The notes beneath the pieces were generated by a model, which saw nothing but the letters and a program-made list of their open reading frames with translations, did no database searches and was not told the origin of the DNA. From Rhodospirillaceae bacterium (lineage in GTDB: Bacteria > Pseudomonadota > Alphaproteobacteria > UBA6615): 64,000 nucleotides of DNA. The stretch covers positions 128,002 to 192,001 of the forward strand of contig JABJEK010000038.1 of assembly GCA_018702955.1 (NCBI GenBank). Reading direction: 5' to 3'. Made by a program: the position numbers and the translations under genes. Positions within the stretch are counted from its first letter, which is position 1, and each line of letters starts with the position of its first letter. Below, in pieces: positions 9,269 through 23,185 of this stretch.

Positions 9269-10471
9269 ATGACCGAGAACGCCGCTCCCGGCGCGCTCGA
9301 CGGAATTCGGGTCATCGATTTGACCCGGGTTCTCGCCGGGCCGTTCTGCGCCATGTCGCTGGGCGATATGGGTGCCGACGTGATCAAGGTGGAACAGCCC
9401 GGACGCGGTGACGATACCCGCGCCTGGGGCCCTCCCTTTGTCGGCGAGGAATCCGCCTATTATCTGGGTGTGAACCGCAACAAGCGCGGCATCACGCTCA
9501 ATCTGAAAGAAGCCGCGGCACGCGAGGTGCTGGCGGAACTGCTGTCGGACGCAGACGTCGTCATCGACAATTTCAAACTCGGCACCCTGGCCCGGTTCGG
9601 TTTCGATGAGGCCTGGTTCGAGGAGAACGCACCCCAGATCGTGCGCGCCTCGATCCTCGGTTACGGCTCAACCGGCCCGCGCGCGGGCCTGCCGGGCTAT
9701 GATTTCCTGCTCCAGGCCGAGAGCGGCCTCATGAGTATCACCGGTGAAGCCGACGGCGATCCGATGAAACTCGGCGTCGCCATCGTCGATATCGGCACCG
9801 GTATGTACGCCCTGTCATCGATCCTGGCGGCATTGCAGGCACGTCATCGCACCGGCAAGGGCCAGTATGTCGAGGTCTCGCTCTACGACACCGGCGTTTC
9901 CCTGCTGGCCAATGTGGCGGCGAACTTCCTGGCCTCGGGCAATCCCGCCGGGCGGTACGGCAACGGCCATCCGAACATCGTGCCCTACAACGCCTACCCC
10001 ACGCGCGACGGCATGATCGCGTTGTCGATCGGCAATGACGGCCAATTCCGAACCTTTTGCGAAGCGGTCGGCAAACCCGAATGGGCCGACGACGAAAAAT
10101 TCGCCCGCAACCGCGACCGGGTGGAAAATCGCGGCGCTTGCGATGGCATGATCTCGGATCTGTTCCGCACGGACGACACCGACAAATGGATCGAGAAACT
10201 GCTGGCCGCCAAGGTCTCCTGTGCCCCGATCAACACGGTCGAGCAGGCACTGACGGCGGATCACACGATTGCGCGTGAACTCGTGACCGAGGCCGAACAT
10301 TCGACCGAGGGCACCATCAAGCTTCCCGGCATTCCATTCAGGTTCTCCGACACGGCCGCGACCATCCGGCGTGCGCCGCCGACCCTGGGTGAGCACACCA
10401 ACGAGGTGCTGACAGCGTTGGGCAAATCCGAGGACGAGATCGCGGCCCTACGCGACGCCGGGGCGATCTAA
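9269..10471 (+). CDS. CaiB/BaiF family III CoA-transferase
   Basis: 400 aa. IRVIDLTRVLAGPFCAMSLGDMGADVIKVEQPGRGDDTR is the family signature. Start overlaps the crotonase stop region. Confidence 0.9.
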   Translation: MTENAAPGALDGIRVIDLTRVLAGPFCAMSLGDMGADVIKVEQPGRGDDTRAWGPPFVGEESAYYLGVNRNKRGITLNLKEAAAREVLAELLSDADVVIDNFKLGTLARFGFDEAWFEENAPQIVRASILGYGSTGPRAGLPGYDFLLQAESGLMSITGEADGDPMKLGVAIVDIGTGMYALSSILAALQARHRTGKGQYVEVSLYDTGVSLLANVAANFLASGNPAGRYGNGHPNIVPYNAYPTRDGMIALSIGNDGQFRTFCEAVGKPEWADDEKFARNRDRVENRGACDGMISDLFRTDDTDKWIEKLLAAKVSCAPINTVEQALTADHTIARELVTEAEHSTEGTIKLPGIPFRFSDTAATIRRAPPTLGEHTNEVLTALGKSEDEIAALRDAGAI

Positions 10472-10602
10472 CGCGTGTGATCCATGAATTTTCGTCGCAA
10501 CTGCCTTTCGCCCTGAACGGATGTGCGAAACGCCTTCGTGTGGGACACTCCGCGCGCATTTGAAAATTCCGCAGGTCGCGGAACTGCCCAGGGGATTACG
10601 GA

Positions 10603-11412
10603 ATGGCCGAAAGAATCGACGTCGGACGAATCACACTCAACGTGGACCAGATGGGTGACGGCCCGCCGTTCATATTCATTCCCGGCCTCGTGGGCGTGAT
10701 GAATTCCTGGGACTATCAGCGAAAGATTTTTTCGGATCGCTATCGCTGCATCTCCTTTGATCACCGCGGCTCGGGTGACAGCGATTTCCCCGGCCCCGAC
10801 GGCTATTCGACCCAGCATATCGCCGACGACGTCATCGCGCTGATGGATACGCTGAAGATCGAGAAAGCGCATGTTCTGGGCACTTCGACCGGCGGCGCGA
10901 TCCTCCAGAATCTCGCCATCGACCACCCCGAACGGTTCCGCTGCTGCATCTTCTCGAACACCTGGACCAAGGCCGACGAATACATCCGCCGGGTGCAGAC
11001 CGCACGCCGGGAGATCGCGCTGGCCGAGGGCAAGGAGGCCTATGTGCGCGTCAGCTCGCTGTTCACCAATGGCTGCATGCAGTTCCGCCACAACCTCGAC
11101 AAGGTCATGGAGCTGGAGAAACGCTCGCTCGAGACCATCGCGGAACCGGAGATCCTGGCCGCGCGCATCGACATGACCCTGAACCATGACCGGCTCGACG
11201 AGATCACCCAGATCAAGAACCCGTCGCTGGTCGTCGGCACCCGTGACGACGCGACCGTGCCCTTCTATTTCTCCGAAGACCTGCATGAGGCGATCGAAGG
11301 CTCGGAACTGGTTCTCGTTGAAGAAGGCGGCCATTACTCGTACCGCCGCCACCCCGAACAATGGGCCGGGATCGTGGGTCCCTTCCTCGCGAAGTGGGAA
11401 GACAAAATCTGA
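10603..11412 (+). CDS. alpha/beta-fold hydrolase
   Basis: 269 aa. FIFIPGLVG...HRGSGDSD...VLGTSTGGAILQ nucleophile elbow. Stop overlaps the start of the next gene (TGATG). Confidence 0.8.
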   Translation: MAERIDVGRITLNVDQMGDGPPFIFIPGLVGVMNSWDYQRKIFSDRYRCISFDHRGSGDSDFPGPDGYSTQHIADDVIALMDTLKIEKAHVLGTSTGGAILQNLAIDHPERFRCCIFSNTWTKADEYIRRVQTARREIALAEGKEAYVRVSSLFTNGCMQFRHNLDKVMELEKRSLETIAEPEILAARIDMTLNHDRLDEITQIKNPSLVVGTRDDATVPFYFSEDLHEAIEGSELVLVEEGGHYSYRRHPEQWAGIVGPFLAKWEDKI

Positions 11413-12404
11413 TGCGCGTTGGCATCGTCGGAATCGGATGGTGGTCGGACGTCCTGGCCGGCGTCATCGCGAAGACGGAAAAGCTGGAGCTCCGCGCCTG
11501 CTATACGCGCAGCGAGGACAAGGCCGCCAAGTTCGCCGCCGAATTCGGCTGCGAAGCCATGCCCTCCTACGAGGCGATGCTCGCGCTCGATGATCTCGAT
11601 GGGGTGATCCTGACGACACCGAACTCGGCCCATTTGCCCGGCACAAAGGCCGCAGCCGCGGCGGGCAAGCATGTCTTCGTCGAGAAGCCGGTTTCGAACT
11701 CGATTGCCGACGGCCGCGCGATGATCGCGGCGTGTGAAGCCGCCGGCGTGGTTCTCGCCGTCGGGCACTCGTATCGTCGCAACGGCGCGCTGCGTCACCT
11801 CAAGCACCTGATCGACAGCGGTGATCTCGGCCGCATCAGTCTGGCCGAGGGCGTCTTCTCGAATGACAATGGGCTGAAGCTCAAGCCCGGCGTCTGGCGG
11901 ACAGACCCGGCCGAAATTCCGGGCGGCTGCCTGATGCAGATCGGCATCCACCAGATCGACAACCTGCTTTATCTGCTGGGTGATGCCGGTGAGGTCACGG
12001 CCTACTTCAACCGGCTTGAGACCGAACCCGAGATTGAGGACGTCACCGCCTTACTCATGCAATTCAAATCCGGCGCCGTCGGCTACGTGGCGGCAGACTA
12101 CATCTCACCACGGCGGTTCACGCTCGCGATCCACGGCACAAAAGCCAACGCGTTCTTCGATATGGACAATGACGGCCTGCGCATCCAGCGTACCGGCGAC
12201 GCAGCGCCGTCACCCGTCGAGTATGCCCCCGCCGATCATCTTCTCGTCGAGCTTGAAGACTTCGCCGACGCCGCCACCGAGGGCCGCAAGCCCGAGATCG
12301 ATGGCCGTGACGGGTTGCTTCCGCTGGCCGTGGTGCTCGCTGCCGCGAAATCATCGAACGAACGGCGTTCGATACCCCTGGCGGAAATTCTGGGCGACGA
12401 CTAG
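11412..12404 (+). CDS. Gfo/Idh/MocA family NAD(P)-dependent oxidoreductase
   Basis: MRVGIVGIGWWSDVLAGV...VILTTPNSAHLPGTKAAAAAGKHVFVEKP. Confidence 0.85.
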   Translation: MRVGIVGIGWWSDVLAGVIAKTEKLELRACYTRSEDKAAKFAAEFGCEAMPSYEAMLALDDLDGVILTTPNSAHLPGTKAAAAAGKHVFVEKPVSNSIADGRAMIAACEAAGVVLAVGHSYRRNGALRHLKHLIDSGDLGRISLAEGVFSNDNGLKLKPGVWRTDPAEIPGGCLMQIGIHQIDNLLYLLGDAGEVTAYFNRLETEPEIEDVTALLMQFKSGAVGYVAADYISPRRFTLAIHGTKANAFFDMDNDGLRIQRTGDAAPSPVEYAPADHLLVELEDFADAATEGRKPEIDGRDGLLPLAVVLAAAKSSNERRSIPLAEILGDD

Positions 12405-13486
12405 GCGAGGCCGGCGATCTCCAGCGCCTTCGACCGGTCAAGGCCGAGCTTCTCCCCCGCCTCCAGCAACAGCACCCATGTTCCCTCGGGAATGAAGATG
12501 CCGTTGGCACCACGTTCCTTGCGGGCAGCGCGCTCGGGATCCCCGGGCACCAACACCGGCTTGGCCGGATCGGCCGGGCGGGCGCTCTTGGTGTAGTCGA
12601 CCATCGCGTCGACCTCCTGGGCGATCAAATTTGCATCCCCCAGTCGATGGGGGTCCATGACGATCATGGTCATGGTGTTGATGATCCCGTCGAGGCGCTC
12701 ATTGCCGGGCTGGATGGTGCCGCCACCGGAAAGCGCACCGGACATCAATTCGGCCATGAGGCACAGCGCGTAGCCCTTATGCTCGGCAAACGGCTGCAAC
12801 GCGCCGAGCGGATCATTGAACATGACCGCCGGATCGCTGGTGGGCTGACCCTCGCTGTCGATCAGCCATTCCTCGGGCACGGTTTTACCGGAATCATTCG
12901 CGACCCGGACCTTACCCATGGCGACGACGCTGGTCGCCATATCGAGAATGATGGGTTCCTCGGGGTTGGTCGTCGGCATCGCCATCGTGATCGGGTTGGT
13001 CCCGAACCTTGATTCGGCACCGCGGAAGGGTGCCACCATCGTGTGGTGATCGGTGACATTCGTGAAGTGGATCGAGATGAATCCCGCCGCGGCAATCATC
13101 TCCGCATAGGTGCCGACACGCCCGATATGATGGGAGTTCTTGAGTGTCGCAACGCAGATGCCGATGGCCCGCGCGCGTGTGATCGCATGCTCCGTGACCT
13201 CGGCCGCAACACTCTGGCCGTACCCCTTCTGCCCGTCATACTGGAGGAATACGCCCTCATCGAGATAACGACGTGCCGATATATTTGGCACCAAGAGCCC
13301 GCGTTGCAGATTGTTCACATAGGCTTGGAATATGCCCACGCCGTGGCTGTCGTGGCCCGACAGATTGGCGCCAACGAGGTGCTCGGACACGATCCGGCAC
13401 TCGTCTTCGTGGCTGCCGCCCAGGCGGACCATTTCGGAAATCAGCGCCGTCAATTCCGCAGCGCGCACAGTTACATCACCGGACAC
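12401..13486 (-). CDS. Ldh2-family (malate/L-lactate dehydrogenase 2 type) oxidoreductase
   Basis: 361 aa. EHLVGANLSGHDSHGVGIFQAYVNN is the Ldh_2 signature. The family includes ureidoglycolate, sulfolactate and piperideine/pyrroline-2-carboxylate reductases. Confidence 0.8.
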   Translation of the reverse strand: MSGDVTVRAAELTALISEMVRLGGSHEDECRIVSEHLVGANLSGHDSHGVGIFQAYVNNLQRGLLVPNISARRYLDEGVFLQYDGQKGYGQSVAAEVTEHAITRARAIGICVATLKNSHHIGRVGTYAEMIAAAGFISIHFTNVTDHHTMVAPFRGAESRFGTNPITMAMPTTNPEEPIILDMATSVVAMGKVRVANDSGKTVPEEWLIDSEGQPTSDPAVMFNDPLGALQPFAEHKGYALCLMAELMSGALSGGGTIQPGNERLDGIINTMTMIVMDPHRLGDANLIAQEVDAMVDYTKSARPADPAKPVLVPGDPERAARKERGANGIFIPEGTWVLLLEAGEKLGLDRSKALEIAGLA

Positions 13487-13573
13487 AGAAGCCCCCTCGA
13501 TAAGAAATTCGCGCGGAAGCTAACCGATCAGGCGTCGTCGGTCATCACCCATGCTGTAACGATTAGTGGTGCC

Positions 13574-14365
13574 TTAGACGACGGGCGAACGCCCACCATC
13601 CACATTGATGGCACAACCCGTTACGTAAGACCCCGCATCGGAGACGAGGAAACAGGCCGTATTGGCAAATTCCTCTGCCTCGCCCGCCCGGCCCAGCGGA
13701 ATCCCGGCACCGCGCCCGGCCATATATTCCTCATAGGATTTTTCCGGCGCCTGCACCTGATGGCGGCGTTCGTGCTGGCCCGACTTTATGAGTCCGACCA
13801 GAAGCGCATTCACCAGGATATTGTCGGGTGCGCCCTCACCCGCCATGACCTTGGTCAGCGCCATACCTGCAGCGCGCGACACGGAGGTCGGCGCGCTCCC
13901 AGCGCCCGGAGCCTTCGCGCTGACCGCCAGCACATTGATGATCCGACCCCATTTGCGCGCCGCCATTCCCGGCATCGCAAGCCGGCCCAGGCGAATGGCC
14001 GCAAACAATTTAAGGTCGAGATCCGCCTGCCAACGTTCGTCATCGCATTCGAGAAACGGACCGATGGCGTGTTGGCCCGCATTGTTGATCAGAATATCGA
14101 CGTCGCCGAAACTGTCGCTCACGGTTTTCCACATCGCCGCAATCTGGCCGGTGTCGGTGACATCGCAGGGAATCGCCTCGACTTTCACCTTGTTCCCGCC
14201 AACGGCCGACATCACCTCCTGACACCCCGCCTCCAACCGGTCGGCCGAGCGCGAAACCATCGCCACGTTGGCCCCCGATTCCGCGAACTTTTTCGCCATC
14301 GCCAGACCGAGCCCTTCGCTGGCGCCGGTAATCAATGCGGTGCGTCCGTCGAGACGTACATCCAT
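13574..14365 (-). CDS. SDR-family short-chain dehydrogenase/reductase
   Basis: Internal ATG at 14363-14365 (MDVRLDGRTALITGASEGLGLAMAKKFAESGANV, TGxxxGxG). The ORF-track start is a TTG extension. Confidence 0.85.
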   Translation of the reverse strand: MDVRLDGRTALITGASEGLGLAMAKKFAESGANVAMVSRSADRLEAGCQEVMSAVGGNKVKVEAIPCDVTDTGQIAAMWKTVSDSFGDVDILINNAGQHAIGPFLECDDERWQADLDLKLFAAIRLGRLAMPGMAARKWGRIINVLAVSAKAPGAGSAPTSVSRAAGMALTKVMAGEGAPDNILVNALLVGLIKSGQHERRHQVQAPEKSYEEYMAGRGAGIPLGRAGEAEEFANTACFLVSDAGSYVTGCAINVDGGRSPVV

Positions 14366-14469
14366 GTCACTCTCCTGATGTGAAATTCCCTGCGATTGTA
14401 CGTTCTCGCGCGCGCTTTGACAGACCCCTACTTCCATGGGCAATCTCGCGGGATACTGAGGACAGCAAC

Positions 14470-16782
14470 ATGACAAACAACCTGCGCAGACATTCCTCCC
14501 ACTGGGGTGCTTTCACGGCGGAAGTCGACGAAGGCCGAATTGTCGGCGTGCGTCCTTTTGAGAAGGACCCCGACCCCTCACCGCTCATAGAATCCATGCC
14601 CGACGCGGTCTATGACGAGAGCCGCGTTGCCCGCCCGATGATCCGGAAGGGCTGGTTGGACCATGGGCCCGGTGGCAATCGCCAACAACGCGGTGCCGAG
14701 CCCTTTGTCGCGGTGCCATGGGACGAAGCGCTCGATATCGTCGCCGCCGAAGTCGACCGCGTCCGTCATGAACATGGGAACAGCGCCATATTCGGCGGCT
14801 CCTACGGCTGGTCCAGCGCGGGCCGCTTCCATCATGCAAAAACCCAATTGCACAGGTACATAAATACCGTTGGGGGCTTCACCGCCCAGAAACACACCTA
14901 TTCGATCGCCGCCGGTTACGCGATTCTGCCGCATATCCTCGGCTCCGCACGGGCCGCGATGACCGACTATACAAGCTGGGATTCGATCGCCGCCAACACC
15001 GAACTCATGGTCGCCTTCGGCGGTGTCCCCCTGAAGAACATGCAAGTTCTGTCGGGCGGCCCGGCGGAACATATTTCCGGGCCATCGCTCAAAGCGGCGG
15101 TCGACGCCGGCGTGGAAATCGTCAATGTTTCGCCGATCCGAGACGATGTCTCCGCGCATCTGGGTGCCACCTGGCTGGCACTGCGCCCCAATACCGACGT
15201 CGCCTTGATGCTCGCACTGGCGCACACCCTGGAGACGGAAGGACTGGCCGACGAACAATTCCTGAACCGTTACTGCGCTGGATATGAAAAATTCCGCCCC
15301 TATCTGCTCGGCACGGACGACGGAATTGCCAAGGACGCCGACTGGGCGGCACCAATCTGTGACATCGACGCCGACACCATCCGGCAGCTCGCCCGGCGCA
15401 TGGCCTCGAAGCGGACGTTCATCAACACCAATTGGTCTCTGCAGCGTGGCGAGTATGGCGAACAGCCCTTCTGGATGACCGTGACCCTCGCCGCAATGCT
15501 CGGCGGGATCGGCCTTCCCGGACGGGGCTTCGGCTTCGGGTACGGCAGCATGGGCAACACGGGCAACCCGCGACGCCCGGCACCGACGCCCTCGCTCTCC
15601 ACCGGCGACAATCCATGTACGGAATGGATTCCGGTCGCGCGTATTTCGGACATGTTGCTGAATCCCGGCAGCGAGTATGAGTTCGACGGGGAGACCCGCA
15701 CCTATCCCGATATCCGTCTTGTCTATTGGTGCGGCGGCAACCCGTTCCACCACCACCAGGACCTGAACCGCCTCGTGCGCGCCTGGCAGAAACCCGAAAC
15801 CATCATCGTCAACGAGCCCTGGTGGACAGCCACCGCCAAATTCTCCGATATCGTTCTGCCGTCAACGACGACGCTCGAACGCAACGACATCGGTGCCACA
15901 TCGAAAGACCGTTTCATCATGGCGATGGATCAAACCATCGATCCGGTCGGCGAAGCGCGCAACGACTTCGACATTTTTGGCGGGTTGGCCCGTCGCGCAG
16001 GCACCGAGGCCAGCTTTACCGAAGGGCGCGACGAGGCGGAATGGCTACGCCATCTCTATGATCGCACACGACAACAGGCAGCAGAGCAGGACCTGACCCT
16101 CCCCTCCTTCGATGACTTCTGGCAGGCTGGGCATGTGGAGACACCGCGGGCCGAGAAGCCAATCGTCATGATGGAATCGTTCCGCGCCGACCCCGCAGCC
16201 GCCCCCCTGACATCTCCATCGGGGAAGATTCAGATTTTCTCCGACGTCGTCGACGGGTTCGGATATGACGATTGTCCGGGCCACGCCGTTTGGCGCGAAC
16301 CCACCGAATGGCTGGGCGCGGAAACGGCGAAATCATACCCATTGCACATGATCTCAAATCAGCCGCGCACACGTTTGCACGGTCAGCTGGACAATGGGCG
16401 GGTCAGCCGGGACAGCAAGATTCAGCACCGCGAGCCGGTCTGGATTCATCCCGTCGATGCGGCGGCACGCAAACTCACCGATGGAGACATCGTGCGCGTC
16501 TTCAACACACGCGGTGCGACCCTGGCAGGGGTAACGATCACCGAGGAGGTCCGGCCCGGCGTGATTCAGCTCGCGACCGGCGCCTGGTACGACCCCGTCG
16601 AACCCGGTGCAGAGAACAGCCTCGACAAACACGGTAACCCGAATGTTCTCACACGCGACGCCGGCACGTCGCGGCTCGGCCAGGGCCCCAGTGCCCATAG
16701 CGCACTTGTCGAGGTTGAACGCTTCGACGATGAACTGCCACCGGTCACGGCACACAAGCCACCACCCACGGCATCACGCTGA
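14470..16782 (+). CDS. molybdopterin-dependent oxidoreductase of the DMSO-reductase family, cytoplasmic BisC/TorZ-like (biotin sulfoxide / N-oxide reductase-like)
   Basis: ATG at 14470 (MTNNLRRHSSHWGAFTAEVDEGRIVGVRPF...). About 770 aa with no Fe-S cysteine cluster and no Tat signal, as in BisC-type enzymes. Confidence 0.8.
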   Translation: MTNNLRRHSSHWGAFTAEVDEGRIVGVRPFEKDPDPSPLIESMPDAVYDESRVARPMIRKGWLDHGPGGNRQQRGAEPFVAVPWDEALDIVAAEVDRVRHEHGNSAIFGGSYGWSSAGRFHHAKTQLHRYINTVGGFTAQKHTYSIAAGYAILPHILGSARAAMTDYTSWDSIAANTELMVAFGGVPLKNMQVLSGGPAEHISGPSLKAAVDAGVEIVNVSPIRDDVSAHLGATWLALRPNTDVALMLALAHTLETEGLADEQFLNRYCAGYEKFRPYLLGTDDGIAKDADWAAPICDIDADTIRQLARRMASKRTFINTNWSLQRGEYGEQPFWMTVTLAAMLGGIGLPGRGFGFGYGSMGNTGNPRRPAPTPSLSTGDNPCTEWIPVARISDMLLNPGSEYEFDGETRTYPDIRLVYWCGGNPFHHHQDLNRLVRAWQKPETIIVNEPWWTATAKFSDIVLPSTTTLERNDIGATSKDRFIMAMDQTIDPVGEARNDFDIFGGLARRAGTEASFTEGRDEAEWLRHLYDRTRQQAAEQDLTLPSFDDFWQAGHVETPRAEKPIVMMESFRADPAAAPLTSPSGKIQIFSDVVDGFGYDDCPGHAVWREPTEWLGAETAKSYPLHMISNQPRTRLHGQLDNGRVSRDSKIQHREPVWIHPVDAAARKLTDGDIVRVFNTRGATLAGVTITEEVRPGVIQLATGAWYDPVEPGAENSLDKHGNPNVLTRDAGTSRLGQGPSAHSALVEVERFDDELPPVTAHKPPPTASR

Positions 16783-16894
16783 AACACGGTCGAATTACCG
16801 AACCTACTTCCTTTCGTCTGCACACAATGGTGGCGTTGATACCAACCGCGGAAGAGGTCTAGGATTCAGTATGTCGCCGTTTCGGAGAGCGTAG

Positions 16895-19778
<2,884 letters not shown>

Positions 19779-19807
<29 letters not shown>

Positions 19808-20186
19808 CAAATCGCCGCAGGACGCGAAGCGGCAGCGGCTTTTCTATAATCGTGAAGACGTCGGGTCGCCGCTTATAAGCGGCTTCCAGCGACATCGGAT
19901 CACCTGTCATCAGGATGATCTTCATGTCACTGACACGGTTCGAGAGCTCATCTACCGTCGTCACGCCGTCCATGACGGGCATCCGGATATCCATGATGAC
20001 GAGGCTGGGCGTTTGGTCATCAATGATCTCCAGCGCCTCGGCGCCGTTCCCGGCCTGAAAAATGACAACATCCAGATCGGACAAACAGTCGACCAGTTGA
20101 TTGCGTTGGAGCTCTTCGTCATCGACGATCAGGATCGCGCGTCGACGCAATGCCTCTGGTGGGCTGTTCTCGTACAACAAGGCCAT
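19779..20186 (-). CDS. single-domain response regulator (CheY-like receiver)
   Basis: ATG at 20184-20186 with GGAGGG SD. AILIVDDEELQRNQL...LVIMDIRMPVMDG...KIILMTG. The 3' end overlaps the kinase 3' end by about 29 bp (convergent). Confidence 0.85.
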
Positions 20187-20342
20187 GTCGTTCACCCTCC
20201 ACAGTGTGATTGAACCTGGATTCAACCCCCATAGATAGAACTACAGAATCATTGCATACCGAATAAAGGGAATTATGCCGTTTCGGAGTAATGTCGCACC
20301 GAAAACACTCAAAATGGTATAATCGCGTTCAAAAACAGTATG

Positions 20343-21783
<1,441 letters not shown>

Positions 21784-21902
21784 CAGAACCTCTTTTTTTT
21801 CTGCCGCCCTCGGATAGTGCAGACCACGGAAGCACAATTCGCACTGCGACTCCATGGGTGACACCCCTATGGTGTCGCCAAGCAACCATCGAGGGAAAAC
21901 AA

Positions 21903-22781
21903 TTGCACCGTGAGGTTCTGGGGATACTCGTCGTGCTGGGCGTTGGCGTTTGCTTCGCGCTGTCCAACACACTCGCGGGGCTGGCCTATACGGGCGGCGC
22001 AAACCCGCTATCCGTCTCAACCGTTCGCTATTTTCTTCCCGCCATCATTCTGATCATTGTTCTCACCACGACCGGAAACCCCCTTCTTTTGCCCAGGCGC
22101 GAGGGACTGATTGCTTGCGGACTTGGCTTTGTCACGGCGATCTATTCCTGGTCGGTACTGGCGGCCATCGAAGTCCTGCCTGTCTCGTTGGCCGTGCTGA
22201 TTTTCTATTTGTTCCCGCTGATCACCTCGTTCCTGGTCGTGGTGATGGGCTGGGAACGGTTGCGCATGACAACGATAGTGTCGGCGATTGTCGCATTCGC
22301 GGGTCTCACCCTCGCATTGGGCGTCAACGCAGACGCACTCAATCCCATCGGCATCGCATTGGCCGCTGTCGGCGCCCTCGGTCTGGCCATCGTTTCGGTG
22401 GTCAGCAGCCGGGTGATACGTGCGGGCGATGCGCGGCAAGTCACCTTGTATATCGCAACAACAGCCGCCGTGATCTTTCTTCTGGTGACACTAATCCGCG
22501 GAGAATTCCTGCTGCCCAACACCACGGCCGCATGGTGGGGGTTTGTCAGCAACAACCTATTTTTCGCTGCGGCTCTGATCGGCTATTTCGTGGGAATCCA
22601 GATGATCGGGCCGGTCAAAACCACCCTCTTTTCCTACATCGAGCCGATCGTGACGATCGGAGCCGCACTGGTCCTCCTGAACCAGCGCCTGGACCCCGTC
22701 CAGGTGGTCGGTGTGTTGATCGTGGTGGGTGCTCTGATCGTCGCCGGACGCGCCAGCACACGCGGCCGCACGGGAGATTAA
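21903..22781 (+). CDS. DMT-superfamily (EamA-like) transporter. Start uncertain (TTG 21903 or upstream GTG 21768)
   Basis: Ten hydrophobic segments, two EamA-like halves. No in-frame ATG before the first TM helix. Confidence 0.7.
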   Translation: MHREVLGILVVLGVGVCFALSNTLAGLAYTGGANPLSVSTVRYFLPAIILIIVLTTTGNPLLLPRREGLIACGLGFVTAIYSWSVLAAIEVLPVSLAVLIFYLFPLITSFLVVVMGWERLRMTTIVSAIVAFAGLTLALGVNADALNPIGIALAAVGALGLAIVSVVSSRVIRAGDARQVTLYIATTAAVIFLLVTLIRGEFLLPNTTAAWWGFVSNNLFFAAALIGYFVGIQMIGPVKTTLFSYIEPIVTIGAALVLLNQRLDPVQVVGVLIVVGALIVAGRASTRGRTGD

Positions 22782-23161
22782 CCGGTGTGGGCGGTCGATG
22801 AAATCTCGACCAGAAACTCCGGTTTCACCAACTCAGCCTTGATGCAGTAACGCGCCGGCGGATTGTCCCCGAAATATTCGCGGTACACCTCGTTCATGCC
22901 GGCATAATCGGCCAGATCCGCCAGAAAAATCTGGTTGAACGCTACATCGGCCAGAGTGCCACCGCCAGCTTCGACAACGCTGCGTATGGATTCGATCACG
23001 TGCCGGGTCTGGGCCTTGATGTCTCCAACGCCAACACTGTTCCCGTCGGCGTCCATGGCGAGAATGCCTGAAACATAGATGATGTTCCCAACCTTGACGC
23101 CCGGCGAATACGGTGCGAGCGGCGGTGGGGAACCGGGAGGGATAATCGCTTCATGGGCCAT
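22778..23161 (-). CDS. RidA/YjgF-family protein (enamine/imine deaminase; 2-aminomuconate-deaminase-like)
   Basis: 127 aa. PYSPGVKVGNIIYVSGILAMDADGN...PARYCIKAELVKPEFLVEI. Confidence 0.85.
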   Translation of the reverse strand: MAHEAIIPPGSPPPLAPYSPGVKVGNIIYVSGILAMDADGNSVGVGDIKAQTRHVIESIRSVVEAGGGTLADVAFNQIFLADLADYAGMNEVYREYFGDNPPARYCIKAELVKPEFLVEISSTAHTG

Positions 23162-23185
23162 GTCGGTCTCCTTCTAATAAACGAA

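Noticed and set aside
10468-11361. 297-aa minus-strand ORF as an alternative to the plus-strand hydrolase
   Set aside because: The plus-strand product has clear alpha/beta-hydrolase motifs (HRGSGDSD, GTSTGG) and operon coupling (TGATG) with the next gene. The minus ORF has no recognisable features.
20226-20342. AT-rich patch with GATTGAACC/GATTCAACC direct repeat as a possible insertion-sequence end or integration scar
   Set aside because: No transposase, integrase, tRNA or longer terminal inverted repeats nearby. More simply the promoter region of the response-regulator gene.
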